64,000 nt of DNA from Octopus vulgaris (Eukaryota). The notes under the pieces were generated by a model that saw only the letters and a program-made list of their open reading frames with translations, did no database searches and was not told the DNA's origin. Position 1 is the stretch's first letter; each line of letters opens with the position of its first letter. The translations under genes and the position numbers were made by a program. Of the stretch, positions 25,493 to 38,325 are shown piece after piece. The stretch spans positions 21,204,001 through 21,268,000 of the forward strand of contig OX597827.1 of the NCBI GenBank assembly GCA_951406725.2, given 5' to 3'.

Positions 25493-26161
25493 ATCCAATA
25501 AGAATAGTTTCTTTGAATAATGTTGAATCCACTTCCTTCCCAGGAGAAGAAGTAAAGAGTTTATGTTATATGTGAAAAAACTATTTATTATAGACTCATG
25601 GAAGATTTTCTTGCTGAACTTAACGTTAACTGTTCGGATCAGCGGAATCTTTTAATATTGGATACGATGATAAGTATTACACCGCTTCCAGTTAGACGTA
25701 ATTAGGTGTTGACAAGAAAATTGGAACTTAAAATCCGATGTTTTACGGTTTCGTGTTGAGGAACGACTCACTTATCCTAAGACCAACTCTTCGACGAAAC
25801 AAGTCCTCCAACTGACAATTTTTATCTGCTATTTTTTAAATCTTAATCCTTTTCTTTTTTTTTTTTTTTAATCGACGTCTTTCCCTGTGGATAAGTTTCA
25901 AGCCGGACGTTCGTTCGTTCACATTTCTTGGATATTTTTTTTTAATTGTGTGTGTTCCTTTCTTCATGTCTCTAATTATTCCATCTGAAGTGTTGCCAGA
26001 GGACAGACATCGTACTTACACGGACTATTATTATTATTCATTGCTATTTACGTCTAAAAAGAAAAAGATTTCCCTGGAAGTCGACGACGGCTCACGTCGT
26101 GATCGCTACCTTTTCTCCGCAAGCATCTACTCTCTGATGTATTATTTACTGGGCTCTGCTG

Positions 26162-27258
26162 GTAAGTCCGATACCTGAATATCGAGCCTACAACATTATC
26201 ACTAAAAACAGTATCAAGACGAACAGTGCCAACAGTGTTAATAACAACAACAGCCACTACATTTAGCTTTTCTCCTTTCCTTCTTGTCAAAAATATAGTA
26301 CAACCCTGCCGTCCACTTAACGTCTCGAAATATTTACGTCTATCGTCATTCCATTTATACTCCCAAGTTGTTTCTCTCAACTAAATTTGTGATATATTAT
26401 AAATATAACTATAAATATTTATAAAATTATTTAATCTTTCTTTTGTTTATATTCTTCCCAAGTAATCTTTGGCTGCCCCCACCCAGTTCCCATTATATGT
26501 ATTTATATATGTGTATATATCGGAAAAGACATTGCATTTTGACACCGAATTAAAGAAATTCCATCTAAGCATAGAAACAAAAACAAACAACTGACATTGT
26601 CTACTCAAGCTTTACTGCTATATTTTCAATCCAATCTTAGTTTTGTCCCACTGACTAAAACTTGTACGCAATACACACACACACACACACACACATAAAC
26701 AAACGTCTGGAATAATTTATTTTGTTTTGTCTAACGACCAACAACAAACAGTATCAACTTCGTGACATTATTTTTGAAGGTACCAACCAGATAATATTCT
26801 CTCAACCCACATTTCTTGTGGCATTTACTTTCTTCCCCCTTTTTTTTTTTTTGTGCGTATTATTAATAATTTTCTTTATCAACCAATTTGTTGCGTTAGT
26901 TCGGTATAAACTGTTGTGCTACCAGAAGTGAACCGTTTCTTTTTTTTTTTTTTTTTTTCCTGTAAGTCTGGTGAATTTTTTATAAAGAAATATTTTGTAA
27001 CTAACAGTGGAACATTTTTTTCCCCTTCTTTTAAAGAACTCTTTCCTCTTCAACTTGGACGAATCTTCTAACCAATATCCGCCATCATCGCTGACACCTG
27101 CAGCTAACCTACTTTATCCCAACAATAATAGACCCGACCAAACTTCCCAGAATTTTCTATCTGTTAACAGTTTTATATTAAACCTGCCGTCTTAATTACC
27201 ATACCACACTAATTTGTATCGGCCTCACTTCCACTTTCTTCGTTCTTTACTCCGACAG
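26162..27258 (+). other. Putative intron upstream of the CAF1 coding exon
   Basis: Donor CTG|GTAAGT at 26162, branch-like CACTAAT near 27207, polypyrimidine tract and CAG| at 27256-27258. The choice of donor is uncertain. Confidence 0.45.
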
Positions 27259-27292
27259 GCCACCCCATAGACATTGGCGGATTCGGGATCCG

Positions 27293-28396
27293 ATGTGCGA
27301 GACCGATTTTTACCAAATTCCCAAGGATATCAACGAGGTTATCTACCCACAAGTGAATGACACGGGTGGCCAGTACGATATAAGAATGCCCTCCGTTGCA
27401 CAAGCCGATTACAGCATTCGCGACGTCTGGCAGTCTAATTTGGAGCAGGAATTCCGCACCATTCGCCAAGTTGTACAATCCTATAAATATGTTGCTATGG
27501 ATACCGAGTTTCCCGGGGTGGTGGCTCGTCCCATCGGCGAATTTCGCAGCAATGCCGACTACCACTACCAGCAGCTGCGATGTAATGTCGATTTGCTCAA
27601 AATAATTCAAGTCGGTATGACGTTTCTGAATGATTACGGCCAGACACCTGCACCAATTTCAACTTGGCAGTTCAACTTTAAGTTCAATCTTACTGTGGAC
27701 ATGTACGCCCAGGAATCTATTGACCTGCTCACTAACTCAGGAATTCAGTTCAAGAAACACGAAGAGGAAGGTATCAATACGGATGATTTTGCCGAACTGC
27801 TAATGACTTCTGGCGTTGTGTTGACCGACCAAGTGAAGTGGCTGTCATTCCATAGCGGTTATGACTTTGGTTACATGCTAAAAATATTAACTAACACCAA
27901 TTTACCAGCCGAAGAAGCAGACTTTTTTGAGCTTTTGCGAATCTACTTCCCGAACATTTACGACGTGAAGTACCTGATGAAAAGTTGCAAAAACCTCAAA
28001 GGTGGCCTACAGGAAGTGGCCCAACAACTAGAGATTCCTCGAGTGGGGCCTCAGCACCAAGCGGGCAGCGACAGCTTGCTGACCGGAGCGGCTTTTTTCA
28101 ATATGCGGGAAATGTTTTTCGAGGACAATATTGACGATGCTAAGTACTGTGGTCATCTCTATGGACTTGGGAATAATTATGTAATGAACGGAAGTGGTAG
28201 CGGCGGTGGCGGCGCCAGTAGCAATAACGGCAGCAGTAGCAGCAACATTAATTCTAGCAATGGTAATAGTAACAGCAACAACAACATCAGCAACAACGGT
28301 GGCAGCAGCAGCTTTGAGAACCACATTTCTCCACTTAGCTCTGCAGTGTCTACCAACAACGGTGATTCCTCCAGTAGTCAAAACAGTTCTTCCTAA
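27293..28396 (+). CDS. CNOT7: CCR4-NOT deadenylase subunit CAF1/POP2 (CNOT7/8 family), DEDD nuclease
   Basis: Highly conserved YVAMDTEFPGVVARPIGEF, LRCNVDLLKIIQ, FHSGYDFGY, LKGGLQEVA, HQAGSDSLLTG and YCGHLYGLG, with all four DEDD residues present. The conserved start is probably MPSV at 27386. Confidence 0.97.
   Translation: MCETDFYQIPKDINEVIYPQVNDTGGQYDIRMPSVAQADYSIRDVWQSNLEQEFRTIRQVVQSYKYVAMDTEFPGVVARPIGEFRSNADYHYQQLRCNVDLLKIIQVGMTFLNDYGQTPAPISTWQFNFKFNLTVDMYAQESIDLLTNSGIQFKKHEEEGINTDDFAELLMTSGVVLTDQVKWLSFHSGYDFGYMLKILTNTNLPAEEADFFELLRIYFPNIYDVKYLMKSCKNLKGGLQEVAQQLEIPRVGPQHQAGSDSLLTGAAFFNMREMFFEDNIDDAKYCGHLYGLGNNYVMNGSGSGGGGASSNNGSSSSNINSSNGNSNSNNNISNNGGSSSFENHISPLSSAVSTNNGDSSSSQNSSS
28186..28393 (+). 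repeat. Coding trinucleotide-rich tract (Gly/Ser/Asn tail of CAF1)
   Basis: GGC/AGC/AAC runs encoding NGSGSGGGGASSNNGSSSSNINSSNGNSNSNNN... Confidence 0.85.
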
Positions 28397-28614
28397 GGTG
28401 TGCCCACCCCAATTTACAATTGCTGTATACCTTTCTCTTCCTCTCTACTTTATCTTCCTGGAGCCTTAACAACACCAAATTATCATAATCCTGAGTTAAA
28501 CCTGGTTAAAACGTATATATCCACCAGGTTCATCATAGCACTTGTCTTTCAAACCCTTCCAGACTTTTACAAAATTTTTTATTTATTTTTATTACTTTTA
28601 GGGCGATGGCATCA

Positions 28615-30057
28615 TTGTAGCAAATGGTAGGGGCTGAACTAAATACTTAATACTGTTCAGTTATGTCTTTACATTTCGAGTTCAAATCCCACCAGAGTCA
28701 GCTTTGCCTTTCAACCCTCACACTAAGGTCAATAAAATTAGAACCAGCAATATACTGGGATCATTTATATTGACCCTAACCCCTTCCCTACAAATTTTTG
28801 GCTTTGTGCCAAAGTTAAAGAATCGTTATTAATGTTATTGCAATGGCCAGACCAAATGGCATCTGTTAGTATTTGGAGTTTTTGTTTTTGAGTTTGAATG
28901 CTGCCAACCACCTCTCTGATTCCTAGGAATCAGTCTCCCTTCTTTAATTTCCCCTAATTTTACTCCACCAAAATGTTTAAAAGAAATGATTATTGTGGCA
29001 AACATAGCATTTTGGCGAAACGAATCCAATTTTGGTTTCAAGCTACAACTGTTATAATTTAACATTTACTAATGTAACGAGGAAATGCATAAACCTCACT
29101 ACATCCTATTTGTTCTTTCCCTGTTAATCTGATGTAATTATGCAAGAAATATATTTATTTGTTAATTATGAAGCACCAAGACGGGTGATGGCTTGTTGGG
29201 CCGCTTGCATCCTGCTGCAAGCAATGCTTTACATTTGCAAGCTCTAGGCTGCTTTCTAATACCTGGCTAAAGCAGTGGATGGGAAGTAGCAGACAAAATA
29301 CCTTGTGGTACTTAGATATGTCCCTTTATGTTCAAATCCTGCCGAGGTTAACTTTGCCTTTCATCCTTCTGGGGATCAATAAAAAGAAAATAGCAGTCAA
29401 AAACTGGAGTTGATCTAGACAACCATTTATCCCTGCTCTCCCCACTAATGTATAACCTTGTGCCTATATTAGAAACAAGAGGGCAAGCAAGTACCACCAG
29501 GGACTTAAAGGGAGGAAGGGAAAGTTACCTGAGATAACCTGGCATCCTCTCCAGGATGAGATGTGTCACTCATTTTGCTTAACTTGCTACTAAAACTGTG
29601 AAAGGGTTATTGTTATTCCCTCATAATGACTTGGCGAGATTGCAGACTCAATAAAGTGACAGATTTTAATATCTTACAAGATTTAGTTTCGTTTTGTCTT
29701 TCATCCAGTTGTGGTTGATAAATACCAGTAATTACAAGTATCTATCCTGTTGACTGAAACTTCCTTTTTAAGACAAGCTTTTCTCCTAATAAGGAAAATT
29801 ATTATTATTATTATTATTATTATTAATTGTTGTTATTGTGCTAGATAGCAGAATTAGTAGAGTGTCAGACCAAATGCCATACAGTATTTAGTTTTGGCCC
29901 TTTACATTCTGAGTTCAAATCCCGCCAAGGTCAACTTTGCCTTTCATCCTTTTGGGGTCGATAGAATAAAGCACCAGTAAAATACTGGGGTCAATACAAT
30001 CGACTAATCCTCCCCCCACACACAAAATTTTTGGCTTTGTGCCTGAATTTGAAACCA
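28615..30057 (+). mobile_element. Cluster of three or four degraded SINE family A copies downstream of CAF1
   Basis: GTTCAAATCC...CTTTGCCTTTCA cores near 28680, 29330 and 29912, with a partial core near 29700. Confidence 0.7.
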
Positions 30058-30414
30058 TTATTATTAATTACTATGATTTTTATTTTTATTATTATTATTA
30101 TATCTGCAAATAATGATTTTGTATGATCTCCTTTGCTAATCCTGAACTCTTCAATTTTTTTTTTTCTTTCTTCTCTGAATAAAGCTTATTCTAACAAGAA
30201 ACCAATAGTTTTTGTATTTTCTACAGTCACATGCTGATCATGTTTTATTTCCTCTGCTAAACTGACAGGTAGACACAAGGTGCAATCTGCTATGTTACAC
30301 TATTTTGCTAGTATCTCAAATTTTCACTCTCTCCTCTTCTCTGAGTTCAAATCAGACGAGGTCATTGTTGCTTTATATCTATCTATCTATATATATATAT
30401 ATGTGTGTGTGTGT

Positions 30415-30579
30415 ATCATCGTTTAACGTCCACCTTCCATGCTGGCATGGGTGGGACGGTTTGACAGGAGCTGGCCAGGCAGAAGCTTGCACCAGACTTC
30501 TGTGACTGTTTTGGCAGGATTTTTACAACTGGATGCCCTCCCTAACACCAACCACTCAGCAGAGTGGACTATATATGCA

Positions 30580-30622
<43 letters not shown>

Positions 30623-31220
30623 GGGGAGAATTCACAAAAAAAAAAACAAAAGACGAAGACAGGTGGTGTAGACAACAAACAGATGTATTAGTATAACACT
30701 CGGGAAGTGAAAAAGTCTTTAACGTTTCGAGCCTACGCTCTTTCACAGAAAGAAACAAATATACATTTATATGTGTGTGTTTGTGTGCATAATCATCATC
30801 GTTTAACGTATGCTTTCCATGCTGGCATGGGTTGGATGGTTTGACTGAGGACTGGCAAGCCAAGAGGCTGCACCAAGCTCCAATCTGATTTCGCAGTGTT
30901 TCTACAGCTGGATGCCTTTTCTCATGCTAACCACTTTGAGAGTGTAGTGGGTGCATTTTACTTGCTACTGACATGAGAGCCAGTCAAGCAGCACTGGCAT
31001 CAACCATGCTCGAACGATGCTTTTTACATGCCAGCCATGTAGCATTGGTCATGCTTGAATGGTGCTTTTTACGTGTCACTGGCACAGGAGACAGTCAGGC
31101 ATCACTGGCATCGACCATGCTCAAATGGTGCTTTTATGTGCCATATATATATGTGATTGACTGTTGGCTCCAAAAGATTTTTTATTCTCTCTGTTTCTAC
31201 AACTGGATGCCCTTCCTCGT
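30415..31220 (-). mobile_element. RTE 3'-end fragments interleaved with a P2 terminal repeat (30622-30755)
   Basis: CATCATCGTTTAACGT...CTGGATGCC tails. Variant hammerhead at 30717-30752. Confidence 0.75.
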
Positions 31221-31898
31221 GCTCCTTTCTATTGAAGAGCACAGGCTCGAAAAATATACGATTTTCTCACCTTCCTGAGCGTTAAACTAATACACCTGTT
31301 TGTTGTTTATACACTTGTCTCCGCCTTTTATTTTTCTGTAAATTTCAACTACATATATATATGTGTGTGTGTGTATTTTTATATTAGTGGCACATAAAAG
31401 GCACTAGTACACTAAGGTGGTTGGCATTTAGAAACCATACCAAAATAGACAATGGAGCATGAAGAGTGTGTGTATATATATATATATATACTTTTATGCA
31501 TTTCAGCCCTAAAGTTGTGGCAAAGGTGGAGCATTGCCAGTGCTCTGTGTGTGCGTGTGTATATGCAATAATTCTTCACTTTACAAGGACCTACTTTATG
31601 AGACCTTGGGTTTATGAGTTTTATAATAAATATAAAAAGCTTAACTATTTTATGTGTGTGACAACATCGCAACATGTGGCAACACTAGTTCTGGCACATC
31701 TACACATAATGGGATAAAATTTCATTGCTACTATGGGAAATTATTGCTCTGCTTTGTGAGTTGTTACTTTACAAGCAATCTCCAGGAACAAATTAACTCG
31801 TATATTGAGGCATTACTGTACATATATAAAAGTGTCACATGGTCCAATCCTTTTCCAATTTGTTGTCTTTAGTTTTGCTTTTAGACTTTACATGAAAC

Positions 31899-32312
31899 GG
31901 ATCTTTTTGGTTTGAACGGCAGTTTTTAACCTAATTTCTAGGTAACTAAAAAATTTTAAACTTCGTATATTGGTAGAATGTGTTTATAAAACATCTTTTT
32001 CTCTTGGATTTATTGAGAAAATTTGATTATTTTGTAAGATATTTGTTTTTCTTCTTCAATTTCTGCAATTTCAACCAATCACTGATGTCCATTGAGGTAA
32101 ACAACATTCTGTGCCGTATGAATATGTCCCTCGTTTAAGAAACAGGTTGGGTTTATTTACATTTGTGAAGAAAAAAAGATACCCTTCCCCCTAACCCTAA
32201 CCCTAACCCTAAAATAGATTGAAATGCAATAGATTGATACTAGGGTCATAATTACGGGTGACAATTTCATATGACACCGCTAGAAAAACTGCTGTTCAAA
32301 CTGAAAAGATCC
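31899..32312. mobile_element. MITE (same family as 832-1229) with 8-bp TSD, Merlin-like
   Basis: CATGAAAC at 31891-31898 and 32313-32320 flanks GGATCTTTT...AAAAGATCC TIRs. Internal (CCCTAA)4 at 32189-32212. Confidence 0.9.
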
Positions 32313-33850
32313 CATGAAACAATAAAAGCCTTGTTTGGAAGCTTTATTAGTTGAATTTCCTTGTTTTAAGTTTGGTAAGATATTAACATGAGAAATGAGA
32401 TAATATGGGGCTTCACATTAGGTACCAATTTCTTTTTGTTGGCATTTTTTCCTGTGCTCAAAGGGTTACAAATTTAGTATCTCCATCAGTTATTCAATTA
32501 AACTCAATTGCTGCCCTCCTCTGAATCCTAAAAACCTGTATTTCTTTAACTTTTCATTTCCATTATTAACACAGCAGTGAGCTTAGCAGAATTGTTAAAG
32601 TGTTGAACCAAATGCCTAGTAACATTTGGCTCTTTTACTTGTTTCAGTCATTAAACTGCGGCTATGCAGGGGCACCACCTTGAATTTTTAGTCAAATGAC
32701 AGTTATTTTACTAAATTCTTTATTATTTTCAAAACTAATTTAAACAACATTGATATATTTCAACAGGAATATGGTAACCAATTTAAAAGTATGCTTGCAG
32801 CATAAGAGCAATAATGTTGTAGATAGTAACTAAGATAAATCTAATAATATCAGTTATCTCCTTTTAGTGGATGGACAAACAGAGAGAATAGATAGTCATA
32901 CTGCCAATTAGATTAATAAATTTTGGTGGCGACCATGTTGTATAGTTGACTAGCATCCAATAAAAATGCTCTCTTTTACTTTCTCACTCCTTAGAATTTG
33001 TCTCTTGTCTCTTTATTTTTATTCTCAGATCCCTTTTTCTTTGACTTTTGTACTGTTCCACTCTCTTTCTTGGACCCTTTCCCCTTTCTTTCATTCTCTC
33101 CTTCACAAATCCTTTTTCTTTTATCAGATTTCTGCTTTTCTTTCAATTCTTCATACCTCACCCCCACCCCATCTCTACATATTTTTGTTATTCTTTGGCA
33201 TTTTTTGTTTGTTGTTTTATTGTTGTTATTGTTGTTGTTGTTGTTAATCTTTAGTTTCCATGAACAATGGCTATTTCTATGTCAGAGCAGGGAATCAACG
33301 TTACCATTTTTGATGTTTCAGGTGTGAGGGATAAGGATTAGTGTGTGTGGTATTTACCATGAAGTCCCTATGGGGTCACTCAACTTGCTACTGTTTAACA
33401 GCAAAATTCCCTATAATTGCACTGTTACATCTTAAAAATGGAAGAACACACTGTAGTTGCAGATATACAAAATGATGTTATGGTCATGGCTGGAGTGTCT
33501 TTGATCACAACTCTGTTCAATCAGAGATGGTCTGGGACTACAAACAACATCCAGAGGACCCTTTACATTTCATTTGACCTGCAACAAATAGCAGTCAAAC
33601 CTCTATCATTCAAAGAAGAAAAAATAATGGACATAGTAAATAATGTTATTCGAGAAAATAAATCGAGATGGTCATAACTGGAAAGTTTTTCATCAGAAGT
33701 ACGTCTGTTCCAGGAATACAAAAGATCAGCAGCAGCAGTGGAGATGTGTGAATTGAATCCCATCTTCTGTATTTCTAGTTCTTAGAAAAGTTTGTTCAGT
33801 TCCATTGGTATGGCAGTGAAGAATCTAACATTTCCAACACTTGTCCATCA

Positions 33851-33854
<4 letters not shown>

Positions 33855-33918
<64 letters not shown>
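33855..33918. repeat. (GA)n microsatellite at the left edge of the Tx1 composite
   Basis: Seen directly. Confidence 0.95.
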
Positions 33919-33919
<1 letters not shown>

Positions 33920-33920
<1 letters not shown>

Positions 33921-34737
33921 GTGTTGTTCCTTTGGCTGCTGAACTGGCCAACCTGTTCCAAAGAACATTCGGGACGGGGCCTATGGATAATTACCAAAAG
34001 TCCCTGGCGTGGCAATGTTATAGAGGAGCTTTACCGGTTCGAGATATGCTCTTTAGACATGGGTGTGCACCTTCGCCGGTTTGCGCAAGATGCGAGCAGG
34101 ACAGTGAAATTGTCCTGCACACGATTGTGCAATGCCCCAAGGTGACTGAGCTCTGGGCTTATGTCGAACACCTGCTGTCGTATTCGAGAAGAGTACAACT
34201 GTCGAGCGAATCTGTAATTAAGATTGTTCTGCCGACCTCCCTGAATAGGGAGGAGCGAGCCTGTTTTCTCTCGGTAGTTGCTGTTGCGAAAGAGGCAGTA
34301 TGGAAGATGAGAGTGAAAGGAATTACAACAGACATGTTCATCTCCAGTCTCGAGCTGATCGACTTTTCCGTTTTCCACATGAAACGGAAAATAAGGCTGG
34401 AAGAAGAAATGCCTGTCGCAAAGTGTGTTTAGTAAAAGATGGAAGTATGTTGCGAGTGAAAGAACCTGTTTAAACGAGAATATAAAAAGGAGAAAGCAAA
34501 GTCTTCCGTGTGAGTATGTGGTTTTGGGGGGGGTCGACCCGTCCTCCGCTTCATTTAATGTAAATCACTCATTCTCATTTAATTGTATATATTTTAATTG
34601 TTTGTTTATTCATACTCTTTTACTCTTTTATTTATGTTTTACACGTTTCGACTCATTCGATACCCTGACCCCCCAATGTTTGTTTTGTGTCCTCGTATCG
34701 TCCCCTCTTTTTCTCAACCTCATGGTTAATAAAGAAA
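33920..34737 (+). mobile_element. L1/Tx1-clade LINE 3' end (zf-RVT domain, 3' UTR)
   Basis: LAWQCYRGALPVRDMLFRHG...CARCEQDSEIVLHTIVQC is a CCHC zf-RVT. T-rich UTR with AATAAA at 34728. Confidence 0.85.
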
Positions 34738-36639
34738 TTGAACATTTGTCCATCACCACAGACTGGAATTGTTTTTCGGTCGTGTTATTCTTTGCTCCAC
34801 TGTGAAAGATTGTTTTTGTGCTGAAGATTGGGAAAATTTGCCGTTTTGATCGTCGAGACGAGTTCTTTTCTGCTGTTACAGCAGAATTTTGCTGTTGTTT
34901 CTCCCTTGTTTCAAAGAGGAAACAGCTAAAAACATGAATTTGTCACCAATTTCTTCCATATCCGAGGAAAACTTTGAAATTTTGTTCCAAGACATAGGGA
35001 GGAGTATGTGGGAGGAGGGCGGTAAAGATATAGAGGCGTCGCACGTGCTCGCTACAAAGGCAGACGACAAGATGTCTAGCGAGCCTACACAAGAGGAAAA
35101 ATCTAGAGTTAATTTTGTGAGTGTAGCAACCCTCTCTTGTGAAAATATTGAAATAATCAAGGAAGATTTTTAAAAATATCAAGGTTTACTCAAAAAGGAA
35201 GGTGAAAATGTGAAATTGCTCCCTCCCAGTGAATTAATCAACACGACGGAGAGAAAAACTCTATTAAGAATAGAAAAATTGACTTCGTGACGAGGGAAGC
35301 AATAGAGAAATGCTTGAGGCCGACATGGCAACAAACAAGTTATATAGCGTGGGGTAGTCGCTTCGGCACTGTAGAGGTGCGTTTCCCTAGCGAAGAAAAA
35401 GCCAGGGAACATTCAACAATGACATTGAAGTCGGAAGTATTTCTCCCGCCGACTGACTTAAAAAGGAGAACTTCCAAAGTCAGGGTCAGTGATATACCAA
35501 CCGAAATAGATGTGGCCTGGCTGGTATCCGCTATCTTCATGGGCAGAGAGGAAAAAAATTACAATTCTACAGACAAAGAGATACCACCACATGAACTGGG
35601 TTACACAAGAGTTAGAGCTCGTCATTCAAGCAAACCCCATAGATTTAGAAGAAAGGGTACAGTTCCCTTACAATTGGAGAAAATACCAGCCTGATGGTGG
35701 TAGTCGAGGGCGAAAGCCCAGGTGTTACAAATGTGGTGAGAAAGGCCACATAAGGTCAAACTGTAAGAAGAAAGAAACAGTCAAAGGAAATGCAACAGAA
35801 AAGGTAAGCACGCCATCGAAGACAACGACCACACTGCTAAAAATAGCAGCCACGTCGCGCGCACAAATTACCGAAGTACAGCCGACAGCGGGAGAAAACA
35901 ACAACAAATACAACAACCGGGAGTGGGTCACCGTGGAACCTTCAAAAAGAAGACTGAAACGAAAAGACCATCCCTTCTTCGGATACACAGGACTATGCTC
36001 CGAGAGAGATAAGCCCACCGACACCCACGCGCAAACATACACGTAACCAAAAAACACACACACTGGAAAAGGTACACACAAACACACAGGCACCTACTAG
36101 AAGCACACACACACCCACGAGTACACCCACACCCACAAGCACACACACACCCACAAGTACACCCACACCCACAAGCACACACACTCGCAAGCACACACAC
36201 ACCCACAAGCACACACACACACGTACAAGCATACTCACACCCACAAGCACACACACACCCACAAGCACACACACCCACAAGCGCACACACACACACCCAC
36301 GAGCACACACTCACCCACGAGCACACACACACACCCACGAGCACACACACCCACAAGCACACACACACACCCACGAGCACACTCACCCACGAGCACACCC
36401 ACACCCACAAGCACACACCCACGAGCACACACACAAGCACACACCCACGAGCACACACACACCCACAAGCACACACACCCACAAGCACACACACACACCC
36501 ACGAGCACACACTCACCCACGAGCACACACACCCACGAGCACACACACACCCACGAGCACACCACCCACACAAGCACACACTCACCCACAAGCACACACA
36601 CCCACAAGCACACACACACACAAGCACACACTCACCCAC

Positions 36640-36670
<31 letters not shown>

Positions 36671-38325
36671 GCACACACACACACACCCACGAGCACACTC
36701 ACCCACAAGCACACACACACACCCACGAGCACACCCACCCACAAGCACACACTCACCCACACCCACACTCACCCACAAGCACACACACACCCACGAGCAC
36801 ACACTCACCCACGAGCACACCCCCCCCCCCACGAGCACACACTCACCCACGAGCATACACACCCACAAGCACACACACACCTACAAGCACACACACACCC
36901 ACGAGCACACACACCCCCACAAGCACACACTCACCCACAAGCACACACACACACCCACGAGCACACACTCACCCACGAGCACACACACCCACAAGCACAC
37001 ACACCCACCCACGAGCACACACACCCACAAGCACACACTCACCCACACACACACACACAAGCACACACACCCACACCCACACTCACCCACAAGCACACAC
37101 ACCCACAAGCACACACACACACCCACGAGCACACACTCACCCACGAGCACACACACACACACACACAAGCACACACACACCCACAAGCACACACACCCCC
37201 ACGAGCACACACACCCACAAGCACACACTCACCCACGAGCACACACACACACACACACACTCACCCACGAGCACACACAAGCACACACCCACGAGCACAC
37301 ACACCCACCCACGAGCACACACACCCACAAGCACACACACACCTACAAGCACACACACACCCACGAGCACACACACCCCCACAAGCACACCCACAAGCAT
37401 ACACACCCACAAGCACACACACACCTACAAGCACACACACACTCACGAGCACACCCACCCCCCACAAGCACCCACACCCACAAGCACACACACACCCACA
37501 AGCACACACACCCCTCAACAATTGCTTAATAAGAAAAAAAAGAGAAACAACTTCATGGCCATAAACAAAAATAATAAACTCTTAAGAGACCAAATTTTTT
37601 AATGAAGCCGGCGAAAAAATATATCGCAACAGATTTAAATAGTACAATTCTTGCAAATGTAGAGTTTTATACCATCAAAAACACAGACTATTTCAAACTA
37701 AAAAAAATCTTTTGCAGAGGACGTCGGCCTGACACAGATGAACTCTTCGAGCCATCTCTACAGGCAATTTGCTAAAAAGAATTACCTCGCAAACCATAAC
37801 ACCTACAGACAGAAAAGAGAAGGATGAAACCACACAGTCACTCCCATTAAAACAGTAAGTTTTAAACATACCATTATATTTCACATTCTCGTTTAAACTC
37901 GGTTGATTAAATGTACGCAGCCTGGGGTCAGATTGGAAGCAAGGCTGTCTCTTTGATGACCTTGGGTTGCATCGTTTGGACGTAGTTGTAATTACCGAAT
38001 CCAGACTGAGTGGGCTGCAAGCTTTTCCACCCCTTCTAAACGGCTACGAAAAATACGTTTCTCCCTGCCGACCCAGAAGGGGCGGAGGAGTGGCAGTGCT
38101 GGTCAGGAAAAACCTGGATTTAGAGATTAGAACTGTCTTTATAGATCCGGAAGGCAGGTTGGCCGTTTTGGATGTGATGCACAGCAGTGGTAAAATGTTT
38201 AGGCTGGTTGTTGTGCCCTCTCTCCCTACTTCTCTACGTTTTGGCCCTTGACCCAATGCTGAGGAGGTTGGAAACTATGAGGGGCGCTCCGCAAGATCTA
38301 GGGTGTGGAAAGTCAACTTCGGCAT
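34738..38325 (+). mobile_element. Second Tx1-like copy: 5' UTR, frameshifted gag-like ORF1, start of APE endonuclease, deletion into RT
   Basis: Zinc knuckle CYKCGEKGHIRSNC (~35723-35764), LNVRSL...DVVVITESRL...GGGVAVLVRK, then CPLSLLLYVLALDPMLRRL...SAY (RT motifs 4-5). Confidence 0.85.
36050..37515. repeat. ~1.47-kb compound CA-rich tandem array
   Basis: Variable units (CA)nCCCACAAG and (CA)nCCCACGAG, with CACTCACCC variants. Confidence 0.95.

Noticed and set aside
27209-28469. Antisense and alternate-frame ORFs over CAF1 (likewise over the DHHC gene)
   Set aside because: Shadows of real coding sequence and trinucleotide repeats.
32189-32212. (CCCTAA)4 as a telomere or chromosome-fusion relic
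   Set aside because: It lies inside a MITE with an intact TSD.
35928-37521. Many Cys/Val/Trp-rich minus-strand ORFs
   Set aside because: Translations of the (TG)-rich strand of the tandem array, with no domain or codon evidence.
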